The translations under genes were made by a program, and so were the position numbers. A stretch of 32,339 bases of DNA from Basidioascus undulatus (taxonomy: Eukaryota), in the NCBI GenBank assembly GCA_000826855.1, contig JTLS01000093.1:1-32339 (forward strand), written 5' to 3'. The first letter of the stretch is position 1. The number at the start of each line of letters is the position of its first letter. Below the pieces are notes generated by a model. The model worked only from the letters and a program-made list of their open reading frames with translations, was not told the DNA's origin and made no database searches. Positions 21,563-32,339 of this stretch are shown in pieces.

Positions 21563-21929
21563 TCACCACCTGCGTCCCATCTTGTGATCGAGAACAATCA
21601 GGTCAGTTATAGCGCAAAGCCACATAGCATGCTCGAGCGAACTCACTGCCTTCTGCACACAGTCCTTGAACTTCGCAAACTCCTTCTCACACATCCCACG
21701 CTCAACGTCCTCGTAACGCTTGCCGATGCATGTGGCGTAGGCCGCGGCCTATGTACAGATTATTCAGTCAGTCATTCTCACCACATGAGGGAAGACGGCT
21801 GGAGATTGCGAAGGGTGCAAGAAGGGGGTGGCGCACCGTTCCCGAGCAAGATTGGGCGGCTTTGGCGAGGCGCTGCACGGGAGTAGGCCGGGCAGCCGAA
21901 GCGCTCGAAAGCGTACGTGTAGGATGCAT
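21563..21929 (-). CDS. 70-aa twin-CX9C mitochondrial protein, similar to complex I assembly factor NDUFAF8. Exons 21929-21837, 21748-21647, 21580-21563
   Basis: Spliced product MHPTRTLSSASAARPTPVQRLAKAAQSCSGT|AAAYATCIGKRYEDVERGMCEKEFAKFKDCVQKA|MGRRW*. Two phase-0 introns (GTGCGC...CTGAC...TAG; GTGAGT...CTGAC...AAG). Two exact C-x9-C motifs with the C...AAAY..C and C.KEF....C pattern of the NDUFAF8 family. Confidence 0.85.
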
Positions 21930-22288
21930 TATCGCCGTGCAAAGAGTGAAAGAAAGAGGCGCAGATGGTGAAGGAGAGAAGCAGAGCAAGCGAACGCGAA
22001 CTGCGACGGAAGGAACAGGTGCGTCTCGCCTGGGCTTGATGCGGCCACTCAGATTGGCAAACAGTGCGTGTCGATTCGCGTCTACATTTGGAATTTGTCT
22101 TTCTGGTGGGCAGTTGAAGAAAGTCACCTCAAGGGTTTCAGAGATGAACACGAGCTACCTAGATCTTCGGGTCAAGTCGGAAGGCAAACGCGAAACGAGA
22201 AAACGAGCACGGATGGTATCAAATGCAGAGGGAATGAACGAAACACAGTATTAAGAGTCAACAAGCAGGTGACGGGATAGCGATACTT

Positions 22289-25200
22289 TCAAACGAAGCC
22301 GACGAGATCCACGCCCAACGCCCGACGAGCCTGAACGATCGCAACAAGCCTGTCGAGCAAATGCCATCAGCTGCGGTGCGAGTGAACCTGACCTAGACAA
22401 ACAGAGACGCACTCCTTGATAGTCTCCTCGAGCACGACGACGTTGTCCAGCAGCTGCGAAAGCGAGACCTCGGGCAATGGCAACGGCGGCAGTGGCGCCT
22501 CAGTTGCGTCGCCGCCCACGTCCTCGGCATTCTCCTCTTCCCGCTCCTCCACAACCGACCAGAAGAGGTCCCTGCCGCCGCACCGCCTCTTCGGTGCGGG
22601 CGACCAGGGCCCTGCGCTGGGCGGAGGTACGACGACCGGGCGGACGCTGATGGCCTCGGTCTCGCGGTAGTGGTCGGCGAAGGGCGTCGTCGGCCCAGCG
22701 CGGGCGACAGGCGTTTCGGGCGCGGCCGACTCGCGCTTCTTGCGGGGAGTGAAGAACGACGCGAGCCCGCGAGTCTTGGCTTTGACGTGCGAGACCGGCG
22801 TCGGCGTCGCGGGCGTGTTGACCGGCGGTGGGGGAGGGGCCGTCCGGTGGGAGAGGGGAGTAGCGGGGAGGGGCTTGCGGTCGGGCGAGGAGCTGCTCGC
22901 GACGTCCGACTCGAACTGCGCGACGAGAAAGGAGCGGTCGTCGTCCGAGCTCGCGAGCGAACCGAGCGCGGCGAGCGCGTCGTTGAGGTTCTCGCGGAAG
23001 AGGAGGCCGCGGCGGCGCTCGCGCAGCAGGTTGTCGTACGCTTCGACCTGCTGCCGGTACGTCTCGAGCTGATTAACGAGCTCCTTGAGCGTGGCGAAGA
23101 CGACGGGCGTCGCTGCATCCTCGAAGCGGTCGAGCGAGGGTAGACGTTGACTAGAAGGAGCGTCGACGTTCGCAAGGGTCGCGTAGTCGTCGTCCACGGA
23201 GCGGTCGTCACCGTCGTCGTCTCCGTCCGCTGCAGACGTCTCACGCTCACGCGCCAGCAGTCCCGAAGCCGACGTACTCGCGGCGCCGTTCCCGAACACC
23301 AGCCAGCCTTCGAGCGACCGGCACGGATTCTGGGCGATACCAGCGAAGACGCCAGAGAGCGCGATGTTGTGCTCGGGCGAGTTGGAGAAGAAGCTGCGGA
23401 GCGAGGAGAGCAGGAGGCCGAGAAGACGATCGGAAGGGTCAAGGCGGTGGTTCGAGGACGCATTCGACTGGCGGTCGTCATCGGAGAGGAAGAAGTCGGG
23501 ATGTGCTTCGATCGCGGCCATGGCGTCCTCAAGGTATCGCTCGAAGCCGGTGCTCAGGATCTCGCGGTTCGGGGAGGTGTCGATGGAGCCGATGAGGGAG
23601 AGGTACAGTCCAAGTTCGCGAACTGTCGTGGACATGGGGCGGACATGCGCTGCAGGTGTCGTTGGTTCGACCTGCGGAGCAGGCGCAGGCTCGTCTTCTT
23701 CGGGGTATACGAAAGTGTCGGAGTCAGGCGTGGCGGGGCGAGGTGGAAGGACAGGGAGCGAGGGAGGGAGGAAGGGGAACGCCGTAGCGGCGGGATCGGG
23801 GATGAGGCAGAGTAGCTCGGGTCCTACGAGGCGGTGATGGCGGGAGAGCAGCGTGGAGAGCAGCTTGAGCGCGGCGACGGCGGAGGACTGGTTGCTCGAG
23901 GCGACGTTGGTGAGGATGAGGTCTTTGAGGGTGAAGCGTAGGGACGACGAGAAGTAGGCCGTTTCGTCGCCTCCGCGCGCTTTGCGCTGCTCGTTCTGCA
24001 AAAGCACCAGCGCAGTGCTCTTGCGGCGGCTGTGCTTCGTCGCGCGCGAGGCGCCCTTCTTCTCGCTGACCGGGTCTTCCTCCGCAACGAGGTACGACAG
24101 GAGCAGCTCCGTGAGAGGGCCTTCGCCGAGCGTTGCTAGCATAATCTCGAGGTAGCTTAGGACCGCGACCGCGCTCCCGTCGTTGTCGGAGCACTCGAGG
24201 ATGGACGGGTACAGCACGCTGCCGAGGAAGGTATTGCGAACGGCGGCGATGACTCCCTCGGCGATCGCGATGCCGAGGCGGGACGCGCTCGTGAACCCAC
24301 GCCGGACGATCTCGGCTGTGAACTCAAGCACGCTGAGGAAGACGCTGAGCTGCGCTTGGAAGACGGGGCTCGTGCACGTCTCGAGACCGTCCAGTTCGGC
24401 CGGGGTCGCGCCGATGCGCATGGCGGAGGTTGCGCCGGCGGTCGCGTCGTCCGATTCCGGGGGGAGGACAGCGAGGTGCGGAGGGAGAACCGAATAGACT
24501 GCGCCCAGACCGGCGGCGAGAACCTCGGCCAGGTCGCCGTCCAGGATGAATTCGGCGAGCGCGATCGAGACGTCGGCGGCCGATGAAGGATCTGATGACG
24601 AGGAAGAGCCCATAGCGACATCGAGGAGGAAGAGGATGCCGGCCCGCGCGAGATCGCCAGTGCGGCCCTCGCGGTGGACCCAGCGGAGGAGGAAGGTGAA
24701 GAGGAGACATTCGACTGTGCTTCCGGTCTTTCATCAGCGCATTCTCCGCGTTGAGAAGCAAAGACTGACATTCTGGTTTTGAGGAAGTCGCGCGGGAGGA
24801 TGTGATGGTGGACACGGAGAGCGCGGGCGAGGCGGCCCGGTCGGAGAGCTGCTCGGTTGCGTCGGAAGGCGTGCGGGCATGCGCGGAGCGTTGCGGGTTG
24901 CGCGCCCAGGCTTTGTCGAGGAAGAAGATGAGGAGAAGCGACGGCGAGGCCTTGATCTTGCTGCAAAGGATACACATGAGGTCGACCACTGCCACCCATT
25001 CATGGGCCTTCGTTTCAGCATCGCGCATGCCGTCCAAGCTACTATCCTCCACTCACCATGCTCCTCGTACTCAGCCGGCTGCACGACAGCCGCGGAACTC
25101 GCAGCGCCCAGCACCCTCTGCCCCTCTGCAGCCTCGTCGCCCGTGCACATCTGGAGCAAGCGCACGAGCGGCTTGTGCACGGGCGCCTGGACGAGAAAGC

Positions 25201-25829
25201 GGGACTCCATGGTGACGCAGAGGTTCGAGACAGCCTTGAGCACCTCCGCTTTGATCCCAGCAGGACGATCGGCTGCGTGTAGCATCGGATTGGATAAGTA
25301 CACCTGGAACGATTTGAAAGTCATGGACTCGTACGTTCGCACAGCTGGACGAGGGTCGCCAGCACGTCTGTTTCAACCTCATGGCGTGAGTCCCGGTCGC
25401 ACTGGCCCACCCAAGAGGTTCATTGAGCTCACCCTGAGTCAGAAACCAGTCCAACGCCGGCGGAGTCTCGTCCTCGCCCTCCGACCTGCCCGACTCCAGC
25501 ACCAGCTCGTCCACCATGCGCGATAGCCGCTTGGGCACGTCGGTTGCGCCGATGCCGCGCAGAAGCTGCCGCTCGTCGGGAGTTATGAGAGTGTTCTGTA
25601 GATTATTTCGAATAATTGAGATTCCGCTATGCAACATAAGAGTATAAACCGGGAATTGCCTGTATCGCCTGCCATGACCGGTCGAGCTCGGCGACCACAT
25701 CTTGCTGTTGGCGGCGTCCAGCCGTCAGCTCGGCCCCTCGCGTCAATCGGTTCGCCCGCTTACCGGAGAGCGGTCTGCTCGCGCCGGACCTGCCAGCGGC
25801 AAGCTTAACAGGGAAGTAAAGAAGTCCAT
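22289..25829 (-). CDS. FTS/Hook-interacting protein (FHIP/FAM160, retinoic acid induced 16-like family), multi-exon
   Basis: Starts MDFFTSLL at 25829. Spliced reading gives WQAIQNTLITPDERQLLRGIGATDVP, DVLATLVQLCEPDRPAGIKAEVLKAVSNL, VDLMCILCSKIKASPSLLLIFF, LFIFLLRWVHREGRTGDLARAGILFLLD, DLAEVLAAGLGAVYSVLP, FLGSVLYPSILECSDNDGSAVAVLSYL, SFFSNSPEHNIALSGV, and ends LSQLLDNVVVLEETIKELVAIVQARRALGVDLVGFV*. These are RAI16-like hallmarks. Confidence 0.9.
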
Positions 25830-26058
25830 CACGGAGAGATCATGGACGTTCAGCTGCAAGGGTACTCGTCTCCACTCGGCCTGAGAGCCCTCACGTGGCG
25901 GATCCTGCAGGACAAGCGCCAAGTAAGAAGAACCCTCACGGGAGTACAACCACATCTTTCAAGTCTTAGAAAGAGGAAAGTAGGAAAAAGTACGCAGACC
26001 AAGTTGATTCACATCGAATAAGCATTCCGTGATATGTAGTCGCCCGCCAGGCAATGGT

Positions 26059-27147
26059 CTATTTCTTCGCAGGCTTCCCCCATCCCTCTAGGCATCCCCT
26101 CCAGAACTCGTCCTCCCACCAAACACCCTCAACCTTCTTCGCAACAGTCCGACCCCTCTTTCCCACACCAGGCGTCCCCGGCTCGCACCGCTTGAGATAC
26201 CATAGCTCCTGCACGCCCTGCTTGCGGAGGTAGTCGTGCGTGCGCGCATAGTTGAGGCCGACGTTCGGAGGCGTGTGGGCGTCGTCCGAGAGCGTCATTC
26301 GTCCGCCGTGAGACAGAATTAGCTGGAAGCGACAGACACAGCAAAGTTAGCGAACGCAGAGTCATAAGTTCCGGCTGAGCACGAGCTCGGAAGATGCACG
26401 CACAGAGAGAACGTCAGAGGCCGGGTAAGGCGTAGACCATCCCTTCCTGATCGCGGCCGCGTTAAACTCAAACAGAGCGCCATATCCCACCCCGTATTTG
26501 ACGACCTCCTCCAGGATCTCACACGCCTTCCCGAACTCCTGTAGCTTGACCTCCGGCTCGTACAGCCGTATCAGGTCGATGTGCCCGATCACCTCGGGCT
26601 CGAACGCCTTGACGAGCTCAAGAAGGCGCGTGTAGTACTCCTCCAGAAGCGGAGCCCACCCGCCCGCCTTCGCTAGCGCATTCTGGAAGTTGGGGAGGTC
26701 GAAGTCGATGGGGACACAGAACGCATGGTGCACGCTGCCGACGAGGTATTCGACCGGGTGCGGCGAGGAGGTAAGGAGGGTTTCGAGAGAGGAGAGGTCG
26801 AGCGCTGTGATGGACTCGGTTTCGAGGCCGACGAGAAGCGAAATGCGCGAGGCGTGCTCGGCGCGGAGGGCGTGGGCGGTGGAAAGGTACGAGTGGAAGA
26901 TCGTCATGAGGTCGGCAGGCTCGAGGTCCTCCTACGGGCTAGGTTGTGAGGCTGACTGGATCTCTTCGAAAAGACTATATGGGCGTACTTCTTCAGGATA
27001 CAGGTCCTCCTTCCGGTACCTGGGGCAGTGCTCCGATAACCCGTACGTCTTGAATCCACGCGAGATCGCGGAATCGACCATCTCAGCGAGGGTACCCGAG
27101 GCATGCCGGCAGAATTGACCGGAATGCGAGTGATGCGAGAACGGCAT
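26059..27147 (-). CDS. HIS2: histidinol-phosphatase (PHP family). Exons 27147-26989, 26931-26404, 26322-26059
   Basis: MPFSHHSHSGQFCRHASGTL, YGLSEHCPRY...DLYPEE, LLVGLETE, YLVGSVHH...PIDFD, PEVIGHIDLIRL, FEFNAAAIRKGWSTPYP and TLSDDAH are the PHP metal-binding motifs of fungal His2. Two phase-0 GT-AG introns. Confidence 0.95.
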
Positions 27148-27551
27148 AACGGGCGCCTGCGTATATGAGCCGAAAGTGAGAAGCGTAAGGAGAAAGCCAG
27201 GAGAGCCAAGCGAGAGAGCCAGAAGACCGGGCTCGACGACTGGACTCCACTCGATTGCTCGTGGGGTTTGCTGATTCAGAGCAACGAGTGCAGACGCTCG
27301 ACGAAACGCTTTGTTCAGGTTGCGAAAGTTATGTCGTCATCGATATTCAACAACAAGGAAAAAGAGCTGGTGTCCATGTATCACACGCGCTCAACGACAC
27401 GCAAAGGGAGACGGGTGAAGGAAGAAATGAGAGAAGGAGCGAAAGAATCCAGATGGCCACAGCGGACCAAAATGCTACATAGCCCGTGACGGTATCAGGA
27501 AGCACAAAGAAAAAAGAAATAACAGCCCTTATCTTCCCATCGCAGACGTTC

Positions 27552-30500
27552 TCAAGCCGGCGTCTCCTTCCGCCTGACCCGCCGCGGGTTGGGCAGGGCA
27601 TGCTCGGGGTGGATGTACCGCGCCGTCGCAGCGATTCGGAAGCCTTGAGGGTGGACCGCGTGCTGCACACCAACGACAACGTGAGCACCTTCGAATAACG
27701 AAGAGGGAAAGAGGAGGTGCGAAGGTAAGAGGGGAAGCGAATCAAAAGCGTACCAGATAATGCTGCTGGATGCCCTCCCCCTCCATGACAATGCAGTCGC
27801 CATGTCCGATCCGGACACTCAGCACGTCCTTTGAGTTCCTCGGCTCGCCCTTGGCGCGCTTGACGCTTTCGCGTTTGCCCTTCCGGCGGTCCGGCTTCGT
27901 CTCAGCGCCGTGCTTCTTTGAGACCATGATCTGCTTCCGCTTGTCCTCCTGACGGCGGAAGCTCATGGTCGCGTCCGAGCCGAACGAGAGCGACGCGACA
28001 ACTGGGCCGAGCCCGTGCTCGCCATCGTCGTGAAAGTCCATCTTCTGCTGCTCCATATAGAGAACGCTGCAGTCAGGAACGCAACGGCGTCAGCGGAGGA
28101 AGGGAGGGCAGGTCAGCCGAGAGAGCGTACGAGAGCAACTCGTTGAAATCGATGTCCTTGAGGGACGAAGAATTGACAGCTTTCTTGGCGAGACGTGTGA
28201 TCCTGCCAGCAGCGATAAAGTCAGCAACGCAAAGCCTGTCTGGGTCTTCGCGACAGAACGTACAAGTCGAGCGCGTCGCGGATGACTGGCTGAGCTGCCT
28301 CGAAGGGAACAGTCTCCGCGTCGACGATGTACTGCATGTCCTCGATCAATTAGCAGCGAACGACATTGGCTCGAAAATTGGTCCGCTCTCACCTTGTACG
28401 GAGCGCCATGATTGGCCGTCCAATGCTGCACGAGCAGCCGACCCTCAATAGCGTGCTGTGCGTAGCCCTCGCGTCAGCCAATGTCTCTCCTCCGCAAAGG
28501 ACGAAACACGTACGCTCTTCATAGCTCGCCGCTGAAACAGCATGATAGGCACGTGAGCATCGCCGTCGCGGCCAAGGTATTTAAGCAGCATCTGGTCCGC
28601 CTGCTGTCGGATGTCGTCGTTCGCGACAATCTGGTGGACTGTCCCAATGCCATCCGGGAAAGTGTACGAAAGCACTTCGACGCCAGCGATGGTGCGCCTC
28701 TTGAAGACGATGCCGGCCGACTCGCGCACGAGGTTGAGCTCGAGCGAGGGTGCGTCGTTGCGTGTGAACGGAATGTCGCTGATCTTTTTCGAGATGAGGG
28801 AGAAACCGGCGTCGTGGCAGTGCTGGCGGAATTGAGAAATCAGATTGGTATGCAGCGGCGAGCAAAGACAAAGGGGTCTCCTTACGCCGCAGTGCCGGCA
28901 TTCCCATCGGTCGATGAACTCCCTGCGTGTCGATTGGATGAGCGTCGCTAACATGAACATCAAATCGAGATCCAGGAACGTACCTGCTCGACAGCCGCCC
29001 ACATTCAGGGCACCAATAGCCTCTCCAGCAGTCGCGGTCAAAGTACCGCTTCGCGGCGGCTGCGTCTGCTGCAGAAGGATGTGCCGGCGGCGCGATGTTG
29101 AATGGCACGTCGCGCGCAAGACTGTGCTCGGGGATACGCCGAAGGAAGTCGCGCGAGTAGGAGACCTCGCTCGGGAACTCGACCAGCGTGTTGTCGGCGG
29201 AGAGCATCTGTATCGTATTCATCGTTTCAAAGAGGACAGTACCCCGCCCCGCTAGACGCACCATGAAGAACACGCTGCATTCGGGTTCAAGACACGCCCA
29301 GCCCTCCGCATAGATCTGCACCGAACCTTGCCCGCAATGCTGGCAGGTCGTCCGCTTCCACGCGGTGGTGCTGTCGGCGTCACGTCAGCGCCTCGATCGT
29401 ACGCAAGGGGGATACTGCGCGCGTACGTGTCCCAGTCTTTCCGTGCTTCGCGTGCCTTCCGCAGCTCAGCGATAGGATCGACCGCGGGGATGATCGCCTT
29501 GCTCGTGGCCGTCGGTGCACTGCCAGATGTTGCGGCGCTCTCAGTGATAGCAGAAAGCGACGCTCTCGCGATGGAGATGTCAGCGAAGATGCCCCTGTGG
29601 AAATGCTAGTCAGCGCCGACGACAGGTTGACAACTAACGGGGCGAACCGCGCTAACTTACCGGCTCGGAAGTGCCGTCTGGTGACCGCGCGGGGAGCGCC
29701 GCAAGAAAGTCAGCAAGTCGAGAGTCGGCGGAGATAGAGATACATCAGCGGCGCCAGAAGACGGCCTGCCGGCGTCCAAAGATCAGAAAAGAACACCTGC
29801 TGAGAGATTCGGAACGCGACGTACCCAGTAATGGTAGCATTCATGGCCGGCTCGGGCAAGGTTTGCTCAGGGGCCGCAACGCTCGCATGCGGCATTGGCT
29901 TGCTAGGCAAGCATCGCAAGCCGAGAGGAGTACCAGACCGCCGACGAGATAACGTTGCAACAGCCGAAGGAGTTTGCGACGGCAAACTGAAAATACTAAA
30001 TCATCAGGAGATAGCTGCTAACCAAAGGCCGCAAGAACGGGACGCACGGAAGGACGACGCCCTTGTCTTTACGCGGCAACCGAGCTGTCGTCTGGGAGCT
30101 GGCGGAGTGTACCAACGGCGAAACGACCGTGGGAGCAAAGCTGGCCTGCTCGACGTCGATCGCGTCGTCCTTCGCAATCGCAATCGACTGCTGCCAATTC
30201 AGACCCACGACCGCATAAGCATACGCGCTTTAGATGAAGACGAGGTATCGGCCTACCAGCTTCGCTTCCTTCCCAAGCTGGTGGTAGGCGCGCACGGAAG
30301 CTTCCGTATCAGCCGAAGCGCTCCGAGGCTCGCGACTGCCCGCTACACCATCAGCACGAAGAGTCGCGGCGTTGAATGAAGACAGTCACGTACTCAGCGG
30401 GCAGAGCTAACCCATGATTGCGGGGCGGCCGCCGCGGCATACCCAGCATTGAAACAAGTCTACGAGCGCATGTCCGCATCAGCAAACTAGAATGCAAGCC

Positions 30501-32339
30501 AGACGGAGTACTCACGCCTCCATTGCAGCTTCCTCGGCCAAGTTTACTGTGGCATCGGGCGTCCGGACTTCGTCCTCACCACTACTCGAGCCCGAGTCGG
30601 GAACGAGAGCGGGCACCGGTGCCGACGGGGGCTCCTCAAGCTCCCGAATGCGCTTGCTCCTGTGCACGCCGGGTATCGGTACGGTCGCCGGCGGAGGGAC
30701 GAGAGGCCGGGGCACAGGCTTATGCGTGGGGTTGCGGGCGTCCCATCCGGAAGGCTCGTATTGCGCCTCCCTCTCGCCCAGCCACCACGGAGGCCCTTGC
30801 GATTCCTGCGACGTACATTGTGGGTCAGATACGAGGGGATTCGGGAGAATGAAAGCGAAAGTGAGAGCGCACCATGTACTGGAAAAGGAGCTTCACGCGC
30901 TTGAAGTAGTTACGTTGACGACCGGTCTCAATCGCGCTGTCCACGAACTCCGCCTCGACCCAAGCGTGGGAGATCTATAAACGTCGAGAAATTCAGATGT
31001 TTCAGCTTCGCAGACAAGACGAAACAGGCTGTAACTGTAGCTTACGAAGTACCAGCCTGCACCCGAGCCAACTGTCAGTTGGACTGAAATTGTGCGTTGA
31101 GTTAGCCTGCGTTCACAGTAGGCACTGACCGAGAATTGCGAACCGACAGCCGAGCTTGAACGGAAGCTGCTGGTACTTGCTGTAGCGTTCGCAAATCAGT
31201 TCACCGCTTCCAGAGCGAAAAACAAAGACAGTCGCTCACGATCCGGCGAGCAAGATGATGGGCTGCTTGCTCCTGTACGCGCCAAGCAGCGCGCTCACCC
31301 GCTGTTCATGCCGGTCCATCTTCCACTTCAGTCATCTCATCCACCGCCTTCAGCGCGCAGTGGAGAATGAAAGCGCAGCCTCACAGCGTCCTCCTCCTTC
31401 TGGTCCGCGCCTAGCGCAAACTGCCTCATGACCGGCGCTTTCTTCTTCTTCCTCTTCTGCTTCTTCGCTCCAGCACCCCAGCTCTCCTGATCTTCAGGTT
31501 CCCCTTCTGCTTCTGGTTCTTGCTGGTCGGCCGCCTCAATGTCCGTAACGTCCACCATCTTGCCGCCTCTGCTTATCACGCCAACGTGCAGCCCACACAC
31601 TCAGAGTTAGCCCTCCGGACAGCGAGGGGGGTATGAGAGACCAAATGCATGACTGCGCGGGGTCGGGTAGGGACAGGGACAGGGACAATCAGGTGACAGA
31701 CCCGTGCGAGATGATAAGCCGCCCGCCTTCCGCAAACACGTCACGGCTGCCCATCAACCGTCCGAGGGCGTAGTGAGCTGCTCGAACTCGGGGAAGGGGG
31801 TGAGAAGGGCGGGGTGGCATACGGGCTGGGATAGCCCTGCGACGTCCCAACACATTCAAGGTCAGACTCGCTCTTTCCGAAGGTGCAGGCCAAGCCGCTC
31901 GTTAACTCACATCGACCAGGTACCCAATCGGTAGCTTATCCTTCATGTCTGTTCAACCAAACAGGAAAGTCAGCAAAATAAACGGCAAAATGAGCGGATC
32001 AGATCGCACACAGTCCGCTATGAAACGCCCGATAATGCGGCAGACTCTCGCACAGCTCTTGGCGAGTCTGCACACAAAAGAACCGCTCATCAGCTCACGC
32101 CGCTCGCGACCCAAAAGGGAAAGGTAAATAGAACGGCAAGACACACCTCAGCCCACACTTTCGGCGGACGCGGCGGCCCAGCGGTCGGCGGGGGCGGATC
32201 GCCCCCAGCCAAGGTGGGGTTGACTGCCTTGCGCGACGCGCGCTTCGCATCGGGCTGGACGAGGAGGGACGGCGACGGGTGCTGCTGCTGCTGCTGTTGC
32301 GGATACATCGACGCAGCGTCGAACGGCGACGAAGCCTGG
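27552..32339 (-). CDS. large fungal AlkB-like 2OG-Fe(II) dioxygenase with an N-terminal SRA/SAD-like region and Cys clusters. About 20 exons; the start is ATG 32308 or lies beyond the window
   Basis: 5' exons splice in phase to PKVWAE|TRQELCESLPHYRAFHSGLY|MKDKLPIGYLVD|GYPSP|RDVFAEGGRLIISHG|GGK...LGADQKEEDA|RVSALLGAYRSKQPIILLAGS|KYQQLPFKLGCRFAILG|WYF|ISHAWVEAE...KLLFQYM|ESQGPPWW. Middle: CQHCGQGSVQIYAEGWACLEPECSVFF, YWCPECGRLSSR, WECRHC. C-terminus: QHWTANHGAPYK, FNELLSVLYMEQQKMDFHDDGEHGLGPVVASLSFGSDATMSFR, HGDCIVMEG...QQHYL|HAVHPQGFRIAATARYI, giving the HxD...H iron triad and R-x5-R. Exons in the 29600-30500 linker are uncertain. Confidence 0.88.
31670..31687. repeat. (GGGACA)3 intronic microsatellite
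   Basis: gggacagggacagggaca, inside the 31701-31569 intron of the dioxygenase gene. Confidence 0.8.

Noticed and set aside
22393..25526. many overlapping ORFs across the FHIP gene
   Set aside because: Alternate-frame and antisense shadows caused by very high GC at third codon positions.
1..32339. prokaryotic-type systems (CRISPR, operons, defence islands), tRNA/rRNA genes, intact transposase or reverse transcriptase
   Set aside because: The sequence is spliceosomal-intron-rich fungal DNA. I saw no spaced repeat array, RNA gene signature, DDE/RT/integrase motif or terminal repeat by eye; tRNAscan, Infernal and RepeatMasker were not run.

Overview
Eukaryotic, intron-rich, GC-rich fungal DNA. 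The short GT-AG introns (mostly 55-90 nt, GTGCGT/GTGAG donors, CTGAC/CTAAC branch points) and gene content point to a basidiomycete, probably a Pucciniomycotina-type yeast (inference). Most of the ORF track is antisense or wrong-frame noise; the real genes had to be spliced by hand. Conserved genes, in order: the 3' end of a QPTG-repeat endocytosis-type protein (+), EBP2 (+), a CAP59-type GT69 alpha-1,3-mannosyltransferase (+), a CAP10/CXT1-family GT90 glycosyltransferase (+), a 70-aa three-exon twin-CX9C NDUFAF8-like gene not recognisable in the ORF track (-), FHIP/FAM160 (RAI16-like) (-), HIS2 histidinol-phosphatase (-), and a large multi-exon gene with an SRA-like region, Cys clusters and an AlkB-type 2OG-Fe(II) dioxygenase domain that reaches the right edge (-). 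Two accessory blocks (about 3.4-11.3 kb and 13.9-17.8 kb) hold decayed coding sequence: a long intronless frame broken by four TGA stops, two frameshifted apparent paralogues of an unknown family, a Jjj1/DNAJC21-like J-protein pseudogene and Cys-motif remnants. I found no RNA gene, CRISPR array or intact transposon. Family assignments come from remembered motifs, not database searches.
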